DNA from: an uncultured Parcubacteria group bacterium
GTDB taxonomy: Bacteria > Patescibacteriota > Patescibacteriia > UBA9934 > CAMTUG01
NCBI GenBank assembly: GCA_947084965.1
Contig: CAMTUG010000001.1
Coordinates: 147,914 to 211,913, forward strand
Direction: 5' to 3'
DNA length: 64,000 nt
The notes beneath the pieces are model-generated. The model had not been told where the DNA came from and did not search any database. It saw only the letters and a list, made by a program, of their open reading frames with translations. The translations under genes were made by a program, and so were the position numbers. Below are positions 30,211-38,227 of this stretch, piece by piece (position 1 is the first letter of the stretch; the number at the start of each line of letters is the position of its first letter).

Positions 30211-30837
30211 TTATGCCGTCGCAAATTTACGAATCACTCCGCGTACAATTCCTTGGATGTTGATGTCACCGTTCACGATAATCGGCTGCATGGTCGAGTT
30301 AGCTGGTTGCAGACGAATGTGGGTTGATTCACGGTAGAAGCGTTTGAGTGTGGCGTAAGCGTTGTCGAGGAGCGCCACGACGATGTCTCCGTTCTTTGGT
30401 GAAGGGTTGCGTTCGATGATCACGTAGTCGCCGTCGAAAATTCCATCTTCGATCATCGAGCGCCCTTTGACTTTGAGCACATACGAGTTGGTCTGATCGA
30501 TCACAAAGTCGCTCGGCACCGCTATCGCTTCACGCTGTTCGACCGCTTCGATCGGTTCACCGGCGGTGATCAGCCCCGAGAGCGGGAGCATGATCGCCAA
30601 TGGGTGTGATTCCACGCGGTTCATCGGGTGCGACAGGCTGAGCGACCGCGCTTCGCCTTCTTCGCTCCCGGTCAGGAACCCTTTGTCGATCAGCGCCTGG
30701 ACGTGCTGGTGCACGGTGGCAGGGGAGGAGAGCTCGAACGCGTCGGCGATTTCGCGGTACGTCGGCGCATACCCGTTCTCTTCGATCTGGTTCCTGATGA
30801 ACTCCAGGATCTCGGATTGTTTCTTTGTCAGCGCCAT
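30211..30837 (-). CDS. lexA: LexA repressor (S24 peptidase)
   Basis: N-terminal wHTH (LTKKQSEILEFI...YREIAD). Cleavage-site and Ser/Lys dyad motifs (VKGRSMIEDGIFDGD...; KRF). Confidence 0.9.
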   Translation of the reverse strand: MALTKKQSEILEFIRNQIEENGYAPTYREIADAFELSSPATVHQHVQALIDKGFLTGSEEGEARSLSLSHPMNRVESHPLAIMLPLSGLITAGEPIEAVEQREAIAVPSDFVIDQTNSYVLKVKGRSMIEDGIFDGDYVIIERNPSPKNGDIVVALLDNAYATLKRFYRESTHIRLQPANSTMQPIIVNGDINIQGIVRGVIRKFATA

Positions 30838-30849
30838 AAGTTATGTGAT

Positions 30850-30906
30850 TCGCCCGTTCGGCTTATGTTCGTACTATAGACCGAACAAAAACCGAACGCA
30901 AGCGAT
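30850..30906. promoter_or_regulatory. candidate SOS operator: two GTTC-N7-GTTC direct repeats in inverted arrangement upstream of lexA
   Basis: Plus strand GTTCGGCTTATGTTCG-tactatagac-CGAACAAAAACCGAAC. In lexA sense this reads GTTCGGTTTTTGTTCG. It sits about 30-80 nt upstream of the lexA ATG and overlaps a TATAGT -10-like hexamer. Confidence 0.4.
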
Positions 30907-30962
30907 AGGGTGGGGATAAGTTTCAAAGTGGTACTATTACAGACATGTTTAGTTAGTTAAGT

Positions 30963-32213
30963 TTGTCTGTGTCGTATTCGGATGTTTTAAAAAAGTTTCT
31001 CTGGATGCTGTTTGCCTGGGTTTTTGGGCTTACGATTTTTGGTATCACTTTTGCCATAACAGAGATTCCTCAGCCCTGGCTTATGATAGTTGTGGCAGGG
31101 GTTGTTATCCTTGTTGCAGCACAGTTGATGTATTCAACAATAAGTGATCTTGAGAGTAAATTTAAAAAGGAAATTTCCGCGATTGAAGGTGGGGCAAACT
31201 CAATAATCATCGCGGCAGAAAAGTTCAAAGTTAGTGCTGAAGAAGATGCGGCGCTTTGGAAGAAAACACTTTTGGAACGAAGTAGTGGCTTCCCAAGTCT
31301 TGTTGACTTGATTGGGGAGTATGAAAAGCTTCGTGATCAGAAAGATGAATACTATTTAAATAGAAAGTCTCATCCGGCGCATCGGGCTGCAGACTTAGTT
31401 GCGGAGCATTCGAGATTAAGACGCGAGGCGGAACGTAAGAGACGTCAGATTCAGGCGATCATCGAATATTATGAAAGTATCGCTCCGTTTCTTCTTGATT
31501 TTAAGGAACAGGAGTTTGGCGACCTTGATGCAGAGAACACATTGGCTGACTATACGCCAGAAGAGCAGCAAGATCCGGTAACGCAATATTTGGTTAAGGA
31601 CGAGTACAGAAGTCTTTCTTCTACCGAGAGAAATCAGCGTGCGCTCGATAGGTTCTGGTCACGACCAAAGTCAAATTGGATGATTGGTCGTTTGTACGAA
31701 CGATATGTTGGATACTTATTTGAAGCTGATGGCTATGATGTCGAATACTACGGTATTTTTAAGGGGTATGAGGATCTTGGTCGGGATTTGATTTGTAGGA
31801 AAGGGAAACAGGTCGTGATTGTACAGTGCAAGAACTGGTCGAAGTTTAAAACTGTTTTCGAGAATCACATCTTTCAGTTTTTCGGGACCGTATTTTATTT
31901 CCGTGACCAGAACCGCGATAGAGATGTATCCGCGGCATTTTATTGCACAACATCCGTTTCAGACTTTGCTCGCAGATTTGCATCTGAGCTGGGCGTCAAG
32001 CTTTTTGAGAACCACGTTTTCGATCGGTCCTACCCATGTATAAAATGTAATATCTCGTCAGGTGGTGAAAAGATTTACCATCTTCCATTTGATCAACAGT
32101 ATGACAATGTTAAGATCGAGGTCCATAAAGGCGAGTTTTATTGCAAGACTGTACAAGAAGCCGAAAAAGCCGGATTCAGAAGGGCTTTTCGGTGGGCAGG
32201 TTTGAAACAGTAG
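30963..32213 (+). CDS. membrane-anchored coiled-coil protein with C-terminal Mrr-cat (PD-(D/E)xK restriction-endonuclease-like) domain
   Basis: Two N-terminal TM helices and a long charged helical region, then RLYERYVGYLFEADGYDVEYYG...DLGRDLICRKGKQVVIVQCKNW typical of the Mrr catalytic fold. Cys-containing C-terminal tail. TTG start. Confidence 0.65.
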   Translation: MSVSYSDVLKKFLWMLFAWVFGLTIFGITFAITEIPQPWLMIVVAGVVILVAAQLMYSTISDLESKFKKEISAIEGGANSIIIAAEKFKVSAEEDAALWKKTLLERSSGFPSLVDLIGEYEKLRDQKDEYYLNRKSHPAHRAADLVAEHSRLRREAERKRRQIQAIIEYYESIAPFLLDFKEQEFGDLDAENTLADYTPEEQQDPVTQYLVKDEYRSLSSTERNQRALDRFWSRPKSNWMIGRLYERYVGYLFEADGYDVEYYGIFKGYEDLGRDLICRKGKQVVIVQCKNWSKFKTVFENHIFQFFGTVFYFRDQNRDRDVSAAFYCTTSVSDFARRFASELGVKLFENHVFDRSYPCIKCNISSGGEKIYHLPFDQQYDNVKIEVHKGEFYCKTVQEAEKAGFRRAFRWAGLKQ

Positions 32214-32265
32214 GCGGTTCCTTGGGTGCTCAGTCAAGTGTTAATCGGTGGTAGAATATAAGCCT

Positions 32266-32619
32266 ATGAGTGACATCAAAAAGCTCCAGGATGAGGTCGT
32301 GGCCTTTCGGGATGCGCGCGACTGGAAGCAGTTTCACAAGCCGAAGGATTGTGCAATTTCGTTGACGCTTGAGGCGGCGGAAGTTGCCGAACTCTTTCAG
32401 TGGAAAAACGATGAAGAGATTGATGCCTATCGTCCAGGCGGCGCAAAGCACGACGACATTAGTGATGAACTCGCGGACGTGATGTACTGGGTGCTTTTGC
32501 TTGCCAATGACTTCGGTGTCGACTTAGATGAAGCTTGGAGTCGCAAGATGGCGAAGAATGATGCGAAGTATCCGGTCGATAAAGCGAAGGGATCGCATAA
32601 AAAATATACTGAACTCTAG
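32266..32619 (+). CDS. MazG-like all-alpha NTP pyrophosphohydrolase
   Basis: EAAEVAELF...DELADVMYWVLLLANDFGVDLDEAWSRKMAKNDAKYP are MazG/NTP-PPase EExxE and D-E motifs. Its stop lies 3 nt before the DUF2075 start. Confidence 0.7.
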   Translation: MSDIKKLQDEVVAFRDARDWKQFHKPKDCAISLTLEAAEVAELFQWKNDEEIDAYRPGGAKHDDISDELADVMYWVLLLANDFGVDLDEAWSRKMAKNDAKYPVDKAKGSHKKYTEL

Positions 32620-32622
32620 TTT

Positions 32623-34476
32623 GTGTTTGTTTATCGACATACTGTCGCGGGGTTCCGCGAAGACGTTGAAAAGAATCAGATCGGCGACATCGTTCAATCG
32701 TATTACGAGAATACGACCGGCCGTCGAGTTTCGCCAAACGAGAAACGTTCATGGAGCAATTCGCTTCAGTTTATGGAGCGTATTGTTCGACGATCGAACG
32801 TTGCTCCGTCGTGCGGTATTTTGATTGAATATGTGATTCCATCAACATCCAATCGGATCGACTTTTTTATTTCCGGGCATGATGACGCAGGTAATAAGAA
32901 CTTTGTCATTATTGAATTGAAACAATGGGAGACAGCGGAGGCAACTGAAAAGGAGGATATTGTTTCAACTTTTCTCGGCGGTAGTGTGCGCGAGACGACA
33001 CATCCGTCGTACCAAGCACTTTCCTACAAACTTTTTCTCGAGGACTATAACGAAAACATTGATTCAAAAAATCTCATACCGCATTCCTGCGCCTATTTGC
33101 ACAACTTTGCTGAACGCAGTCCCGAACCGCTCACTTTGGGAATTTATGCCGATACGGTGAAAGAGTCACCGATTTACTTCCGTGATGACTACGAAAAACT
33201 GGAACAGTTTTTGAAGAAGTATGTTGGCCAGGGCAACGGCGAAGAGATCTTGTACGAAGTTGAATACGGCCGTATTCGTCCGAGCAAGAAGTTGATTGAT
33301 TACGTCTCGAGCATGCTCGAGGGGAATCAGGAGTTTATCTTGCTCGACGAACAAAAGATTGCCTACGAAACGGCGATGTTTGTAGCGAGGCAAGAAGAAA
33401 AGTCCGTTGTCATTATTTCCGGTGGACCTGGCACAGGGAAGTCCGTTGTCTCCGTTAATCTTCTCGGTGGGTTGTTACGAGATGAAATGAACGCCGTCTT
33501 TGTTGCTCCGAACGCTTCGTTTCGCGATGCAATGGTGCACAAGCTCGCGAGGAAGATGAAAAAGACGCGGCTCAAGTCGTTGTTTAAAGGATCCTCGGTG
33601 TTTGTTGATGCAGAGCCGAACACGTTTGGTGCGATCATTATTGACGAAGCTCACCGTTTGAAGAACGAAAAGGCGTACATGTATCAAGGTGAGAATCAGG
33701 TTGAGGACATTGTCCGTGCAGCCAAGACGAGCATTTTCTTCGTTGATGATAATCAAGTGATTCGTCCGGATGATATCGGCTGTGAAGACGAGATTCGACG
33801 CGTCGCTAAGGCGGAAGGAGCTAGGGTTTACGAAGTCGAGTTGAAAGCTCAATTCCGTTGCGCTGGTGCGGAGGGGTATTTGAACTGGTTGGACAACACA
33901 CTGCACATCCAAGAAACGGCGAACTTCGACGGTTGGGAGCAACAGGGGTTTGAGTTTAAAGTTTTCGATGATCCAAATGCGCTTGCTAACGCAATCAAGG
34001 CAAAGCAAGTGGAAGGGAAAAGCGCGCGGCTTGTCGCGGGTTACGCTTGGGAATGGACGAGCGGCAAAGAGGGGAATATGGACGCGCAGCACAACGATGT
34101 CACAATCCCCGAATATGACTTCTCAATGCCGTGGAACTCGCGAAAGATCGGTACGACCTGGGCGATCGATCCAGGCGGCGTCCACCAGATCGGCTGCGTT
34201 CACACCTCTCAGGGCCTGGAGTTCGACTACATTGGTGTGATCGTCGGGAAGGATTTGCAGTTTGATCCTGCCACGGGCGAGTTTTACACCGATTGGTCGG
34301 AGTACAAGGATCACAACGGTAAGAAAGGACTAAAAAAGGATCCAGAAAAGTTGAACCGCCTTGTGCGCAATATCTACAAGATTTTGATGACACGCGGGCA
34401 GAAGGGATGTTACGTTTATTTCGTCGACAAGAATGTCGAAGATTACTTTAAGAAGAGGTTGGGACCACAAAAATAA
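32623..34476 (+). CDS. DUF2075-type (Schlafen-like) P-loop NTPase with N-terminal PD-(D/E)xK nuclease-like region
   Basis: N-terminal SWSNSLQFM... and IDFFISGHDDAGNKNFVIIELKQWE (D-E-K). Walker A ISGGPGTGKSV, Walker B IIIDEAH. C-terminal helicase-like region to ...CYVYFVD. GTG start coupled to the MazG-like gene. Confidence 0.65.
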   Translation: MFVYRHTVAGFREDVEKNQIGDIVQSYYENTTGRRVSPNEKRSWSNSLQFMERIVRRSNVAPSCGILIEYVIPSTSNRIDFFISGHDDAGNKNFVIIELKQWETAEATEKEDIVSTFLGGSVRETTHPSYQALSYKLFLEDYNENIDSKNLIPHSCAYLHNFAERSPEPLTLGIYADTVKESPIYFRDDYEKLEQFLKKYVGQGNGEEILYEVEYGRIRPSKKLIDYVSSMLEGNQEFILLDEQKIAYETAMFVARQEEKSVVIISGGPGTGKSVVSVNLLGGLLRDEMNAVFVAPNASFRDAMVHKLARKMKKTRLKSLFKGSSVFVDAEPNTFGAIIIDEAHRLKNEKAYMYQGENQVEDIVRAAKTSIFFVDDNQVIRPDDIGCEDEIRRVAKAEGARVYEVELKAQFRCAGAEGYLNWLDNTLHIQETANFDGWEQQGFEFKVFDDPNALANAIKAKQVEGKSARLVAGYAWEWTSGKEGNMDAQHNDVTIPEYDFSMPWNSRKIGTTWAIDPGGVHQIGCVHTSQGLEFDYIGVIVGKDLQFDPATGEFYTDWSEYKDHNGKKGLKKDPEKLNRLVRNIYKILMTRGQKGCYVYFVDKNVEDYFKKRLGPQK

Positions 34477-34515
34477 AACAGCCATCCTCCTTTGGCTGCT
34501 CTATCCGGTACCCGG

Positions 34516-34719
34516 TTAATCGGTGTTGCACTCACGTACGCAGTAGTAACAGCCGTTGACCTGGCTGTAGTACACTTGTGCGGCGTGGACAGCAGCTCGA
34601 CAGTTGGTGAAGTCGCCCAGGTATTTCGCATTTTCCCCATTTGGGAAGAAGGAACAGCCCAGGGTGTGGACCTCGTGATCCCCGTTTGCCTGCGCGTTTG
34701 TATTGACGTAGTAACGCAT
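34516..34719 (-). CDS. small Cys-rich (metal-binding?) protein, second gene of the unknown two-gene operon
   Basis: 67 aa, MRYYVNTNAQANGDHEVH..C..C..CYYCVREC. Five Cys with a C-terminal CxxCxxxC. 21 nt downstream of the 331-aa ORF. Confidence 0.5.
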   Translation of the reverse strand: MRYYVNTNAQANGDHEVHTLGCSFFPNGENAKYLGDFTNCRAAVHAAQVYYSQVNGCYYCVRECNTD

Positions 34720-34740
34720 AGTTTTTCGTGAGATTTTGAA

Positions 34741-35736
34741 TTAGCCGACCTTTGTTTTATGAAGCCGTTGTTTAACTGCTTTTGATAGCTTTGTCTTCCA
34801 GCCGTGGACATGCACGACACGATCGAAGTCGCGTTGTGCTAGGGCGAGCAACTGAAGACGGCTCAGTTTACTTAGATCCTCCCAATTGCATCCCATGATG
34901 TACGCAGCATTTCCATATTCCACATTCTCGAAGACTACTAGGTCGTCAGCATATTGCGCGCCGAAATAGCGACGGAATCCGTCCGTTCCAGCGATGTATT
35001 GCTTTGGATCGAGCGTACTTAGGAAACCGTAACGATCCTCAACGTTTTTTCTGAGTTCAGGGGAGACGACTCGACGTGTGCCGATGATTTTTTCGATATT
35101 GCTCTCGCGTTCTCCTGGCGGCAGGATTTGCCACGTGATCGCCACGGTTTTCAAGTAGTCCTCTCTGCTCGCGCTTGCCAGAAACACATCAACGTGTCCG
35201 ACGTTTTCCTGAATGATTCCAAGATTATAAAGTAGGTCTGCCTCTAAGTTGGACTTTTCGTATTCGAGCACCTCCTCGGATCGGAAGTTGATCGTGACAC
35301 GACCGTCTGGATTTTGATCAAGCACATCAATACGGATTGCGAGCTGTTTTGCTGGGAAATATTCACGTTCGTAAACATCGCGATCCCATTCGACTGTGTG
35401 TGAGCCGTTGCTCCAGTCACCGAAGTTCGGAGCCTCGAACGAATAGTGTTTCTGAGTCATAGGTAGGTCCTTGCGAACGCGCTCTCGTCCGTTAAGGTTT
35501 GTGTCTGACCAGCGGCCCATGTTGGCCGGGGGAATTACAGATTCTGGAGCAACGACACGACCGTCTTTTACCTCGATGTTCAGATGTGCGTAGCGTCCAG
35601 CGGCGATCGAAGCGATGGTGGTTTTAATGGTTGTACCGACGACGAAGCCTGTTTTCATGGTCGCAACCTTGGTGTGGATCCGTTTCGGGACTTTTAGGAA
35701 GCTTCGTGGCTTCCAGGGTATTTCTCGATATGACAT
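34741..35736 (-). CDS. unknown 331-aa protein (possible C-terminal Rx6H HEPN-like motif), first gene of a two-gene operon divergent from the XRE/ImmA pair
   Basis: No family recognised by eye. C-terminal ...LAQRDFDRVVHVHGW contains an R-x6-H spacing. AT-rich codon usage like the rest of the island. Confidence 0.5.
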   Translation of the reverse strand: MSYREIPWKPRSFLKVPKRIHTKVATMKTGFVVGTTIKTTIASIAAGRYAHLNIEVKDGRVVAPESVIPPANMGRWSDTNLNGRERVRKDLPMTQKHYSFEAPNFGDWSNGSHTVEWDRDVYEREYFPAKQLAIRIDVLDQNPDGRVTINFRSEEVLEYEKSNLEADLLYNLGIIQENVGHVDVFLASASREDYLKTVAITWQILPPGERESNIEKIIGTRRVVSPELRKNVEDRYGFLSTLDPKQYIAGTDGFRRYFGAQYADDLVVFENVEYGNAAYIMGCNWEDLSKLSRLQLLALAQRDFDRVVHVHGWKTKLSKAVKQRLHKTKVG

Positions 35737-35878
35737 AATGGGCTCGGGACTTTTGGAATTAGAGTAGCGCTGTCGGACCGCCCCAGTGGTTCGTTTCAGT
35801 GTGTTGATGCCAGTTTATCAGTACGGCAAATATCTTGTCAAATCGAACCGAAACCGGTATGCTATCAAAGCAATAAAT

Positions 35879-36208
35879 ATGGAAAATGAAAATGTCACGA
35901 TCGGGTCCAGAATTCGAGCCGAACGAAAACGACTCGGAATATCTCAGCTGCGGCTCGCTAAAGACGTCGGCTTTGAGTCGGCAACAGCGATCTCGTTGAT
36001 CGAAAGCGGGGTGAGAAGCGTTGCTGCAGAGAAGCTTGGCCTTATTGCAAGGGCCCTGAAAGTTGACATCAAGCAGTTGCTAGGACAGAGGCCTGATCAG
36101 GTGGATGTCATCGTCGCACTTAGGGCCGACAAGGAGCTTGGTTCGGCCGAGAAGAATTACATTCTCAATTTTATCCAAAATGCAAAACATCAACACAGAA
36201 AAGGATGA
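35879..36208 (+). CDS. XRE-family helix-turn-helix regulator
   Basis: IGSRIRAERKRLGISQLRLAKDVGFESATAISLIESG is a canonical HTH_3. Internal Met start of the 35786 ORF. Confidence 0.75.
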   Translation: MENENVTIGSRIRAERKRLGISQLRLAKDVGFESATAISLIESGVRSVAAEKLGLIARALKVDIKQLLGQRPDQVDVIVALRADKELGSAEKNYILNFIQNAKHQHRKG

Positions 36209-36689
36209 GCTGGACTTGGGGCCGCGAAAGAACTTTGCCTTGGCGATGGCTCGTAAGCTGTTGAAGTGTGCGGAGATCACGGCCGCTCCTGTTTCATTAC
36301 ATCGTGTAGTTGAGTATGCTAGGAGGGACAGAAACCTCACTATTATTTTGGAGAAGATCCCGGGTCGTATCTCAGGGATCATGGTCAAGGTTCGCGACCT
36401 CGACGAAGTCTCCACCTTTATCGGTATTAACACGGAAGAACCGTGGCACAGGCAGCGTTATACACTCGGTCATGAATTGGGTCATGTGTTTATGGAACAT
36501 TCCGGATGCACGGGCGATGATTCATACGAAGAACGTGAAGCCCAGATATTTGCAGCGGAACTTCTTATGCCAACGGCGTTCATCAAACAGGACTTAAAGG
36601 CCCTGCGTAACATCCCGGCGCTTGCTAGGCTATACTGCGTAAGTGAGCATGCGCTTAGTATTAAGCTTAAAGATTGCAGACTGATTTAG
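36180..36689 (+). CDS. ImmA/IrrE-family zinc metallopeptidase (DUF955)
   Basis: HEXXH motif (TLGHELGHVFMEH) with downstream E (EEREAQIFAAELLMP). Overlaps the XRE gene end. Confidence 0.75.
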   Translation: MQNINTEKDELDLGPRKNFALAMARKLLKCAEITAAPVSLHRVVEYARRDRNLTIILEKIPGRISGIMVKVRDLDEVSTFIGINTEEPWHRQRYTLGHELGHVFMEHSGCTGDDSYEEREAQIFAAELLMPTAFIKQDLKALRNIPALARLYCVSEHALSIKLKDCRLI

Positions 36690-36753
36690 CTGGCAGTTAA
36701 ATCAATCTAATTTCAGCTGCTAAGGATCAACGAGAGGCGGAAAGATCTGTAGT

Positions 36754-37482
36754 ATGAATCAACAATCCACCCTCCAACGCATCATCCGCCTCAAGCAGCT
36801 CTTCGCTGACCGCAAGATCCCGACGCTTTCGAGCCATGAAGTGAATCCGGGGTTGGAGAAAGGGTCGAGGGAGAATTATTTATACTTCACTCTGCCTCCG
36901 TGTTTGAATTTTCAGCGACAGTCGCCGGCGATGTGGAAGTCGGCGCTCGCGACGTGGGAGGATCCGGAGACGAATTATTTGTTTTTTCCTGAGCGCGTGG
37001 CAACGACAGACATCGAGAAAGTGCGGGTGGATTTGCGCAAACACAAACTTTCGTTGCAACCGAATAAGCACACGGAGATTTGGACCAAGATCTGTCAGGT
37101 GTTGCACGAGAAGTTTTCTGATGACCCACGGGAGATCTTGCGGAGAGGGGAGATGGATGCGGGAAAGGTTTTGGATCTGATTCAAGTTGAGCACAAGGAG
37201 CGCTTTCCGTATTTGCGTGGGCCAAAGATGGCTAACTATTGGTTGTACATTTTGTCGCAATACACGGACGTGCAGTTTTCGAATATGGCCTGCATCTCGA
37301 TCATTCCTGATACGCACGTGGCGCAGTGCTCGGTGAAGCTCGGGCTCACGAAGGATGGGGCGGGACCGGAAGAGATCGCTGAGGCGTGGGTGAAGGTGCT
37401 GGCGGGGTCGGGAATTGATCCTGTCACGATGCATCCGGTTTTATGGAACTGGAGTCGCAACGATTTCCAACCGGAGGTTTAG
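36754..37482 (+). CDS. conserved hypothetical protein
   Basis: 242-aa ORF. Its TAG stop is embedded in the family-B hairpin repeat. Confidence 0.45.
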   Translation: MNQQSTLQRIIRLKQLFADRKIPTLSSHEVNPGLEKGSRENYLYFTLPPCLNFQRQSPAMWKSALATWEDPETNYLFFPERVATTDIEKVRVDLRKHKLSLQPNKHTEIWTKICQVLHEKFSDDPREILRRGEMDAGKVLDLIQVEHKERFPYLRGPKMANYWLYILSQYTDVQFSNMACISIIPDTHVAQCSVKLGLTKDGAGPEEIAEAWVKVLAGSGIDPVTMHPVLWNWSRNDFQPEV

Positions 37483-37508
37483 GCGGGGCACAGTGGCCCC
37501 GCCTATCT
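37481..37508 (+). repeat. GC-hairpin repeat, family B, copy 3
   Basis: TAGGCGGGGCACAGTGGCCCCGCCTATC. Confidence 0.65.
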
Positions 37509-37526
37509 GTTATAATTGCCAGCACT

Positions 37527-37964
37527 ATGGCCACTTGGTTTCGTTTGGTTACAAGACGCGTGGTGCGGAGGCGGGTGCGACGGGGGCTGAAAGGCACGCG
37601 GGCGGAGTTTTTGGCACTCAAGGAACAGGCGAGGGTCTTGGTGCACGAACGCATCAAGCATTTCTGCACGATCTATCCGTTCGTCTGTAATCGTGTCAGC
37701 ATTCGCAATCAAGGGTCGCGCTGGGGGAGCTGTTCCAAAAAGGGGAATCTGAATTTTCATTATCGCATCGCCCTTCTGCCAGAACACTTACGCGATTACG
37801 TGATCGTGCACGAGTTGTGCCACTTGGGGGAGTTTAATCATTCGCGCAACTTTTGGGATCTGGTCGCTCGCGCGGTGCCCAATCACAGAGTGTTGCGATC
37901 AGAATTACGTCAGCACGCGATCGACTTCAAAAAACAGTATGTCATGGAACAAACTGCCGGCTGA
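37527..37964 (+). CDS. DUF45/YgjP-family HExxH metal-dependent hydrolase
   Basis: ...RWGSCSKKGNLNFHYRIALLPEHLRDYVIVHELCHLGEFNHSRNFWDLV matches the DUF45 core. Confidence 0.7.
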   Translation: MATWFRLVTRRVVRRRVRRGLKGTRAEFLALKEQARVLVHERIKHFCTIYPFVCNRVSIRNQGSRWGSCSKKGNLNFHYRIALLPEHLRDYVIVHELCHLGEFNHSRNFWDLVARAVPNHRVLRSELRQHAIDFKKQYVMEQTAG

Positions 37965-38205
37965 CTTTAAAGACAAACCGCGACTCACGCGTTGGTGGAT
38001 CAACATCAAGGTGTTGTTGCATCTGAAAGCGGTGAAGACCGAATGTTGCGAAACGTTTCGCAAAGGGTTCACGCCTGATGGGGAACAGTTCGTGGCCTGC
38101 GCGGGATGCCCGACGCGCTATGACAAAAATTCAGAAAGTCCGTGCTATCGCTACTTAGCGCGTTGGGCCAAGGAGCGTGCGCCAAAAAAGAAAAACGGGG
38201 CATAA
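37939..38205 (+). CDS. small Cys-rich hypothetical protein
   Basis: 88 aa with CCETF...CAGCP...C. Followed by a strong terminator. Confidence 0.35.
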   Translation: MSWNKLPADFKDKPRLTRWWINIKVLLHLKAVKTECCETFRKGFTPDGEQFVACAGCPTRYDKNSESPCYRYLARWAKERAPKKKNGA

Positions 38206-38222
38206 CCGCCCCGCTTTTTTCT
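38188..38222. terminator. bidirectional intrinsic terminator
   Basis: AAAAAAGAAAAACGGGGCATAACCGCCCCGCTTTTTTCTTT. Confidence 0.7.
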
Positions 38223-38227
38223 TTCGA

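Noticed and set aside
35737-36700. Prophage or ICE remnant because of the XRE + ImmA/IrrE pair
   Set aside because: No integrase, recombinase, replication or structural genes and no att-like direct repeats are visible in the surrounding 10 kb. The pair more likely regulates the adjacent two-gene operon.
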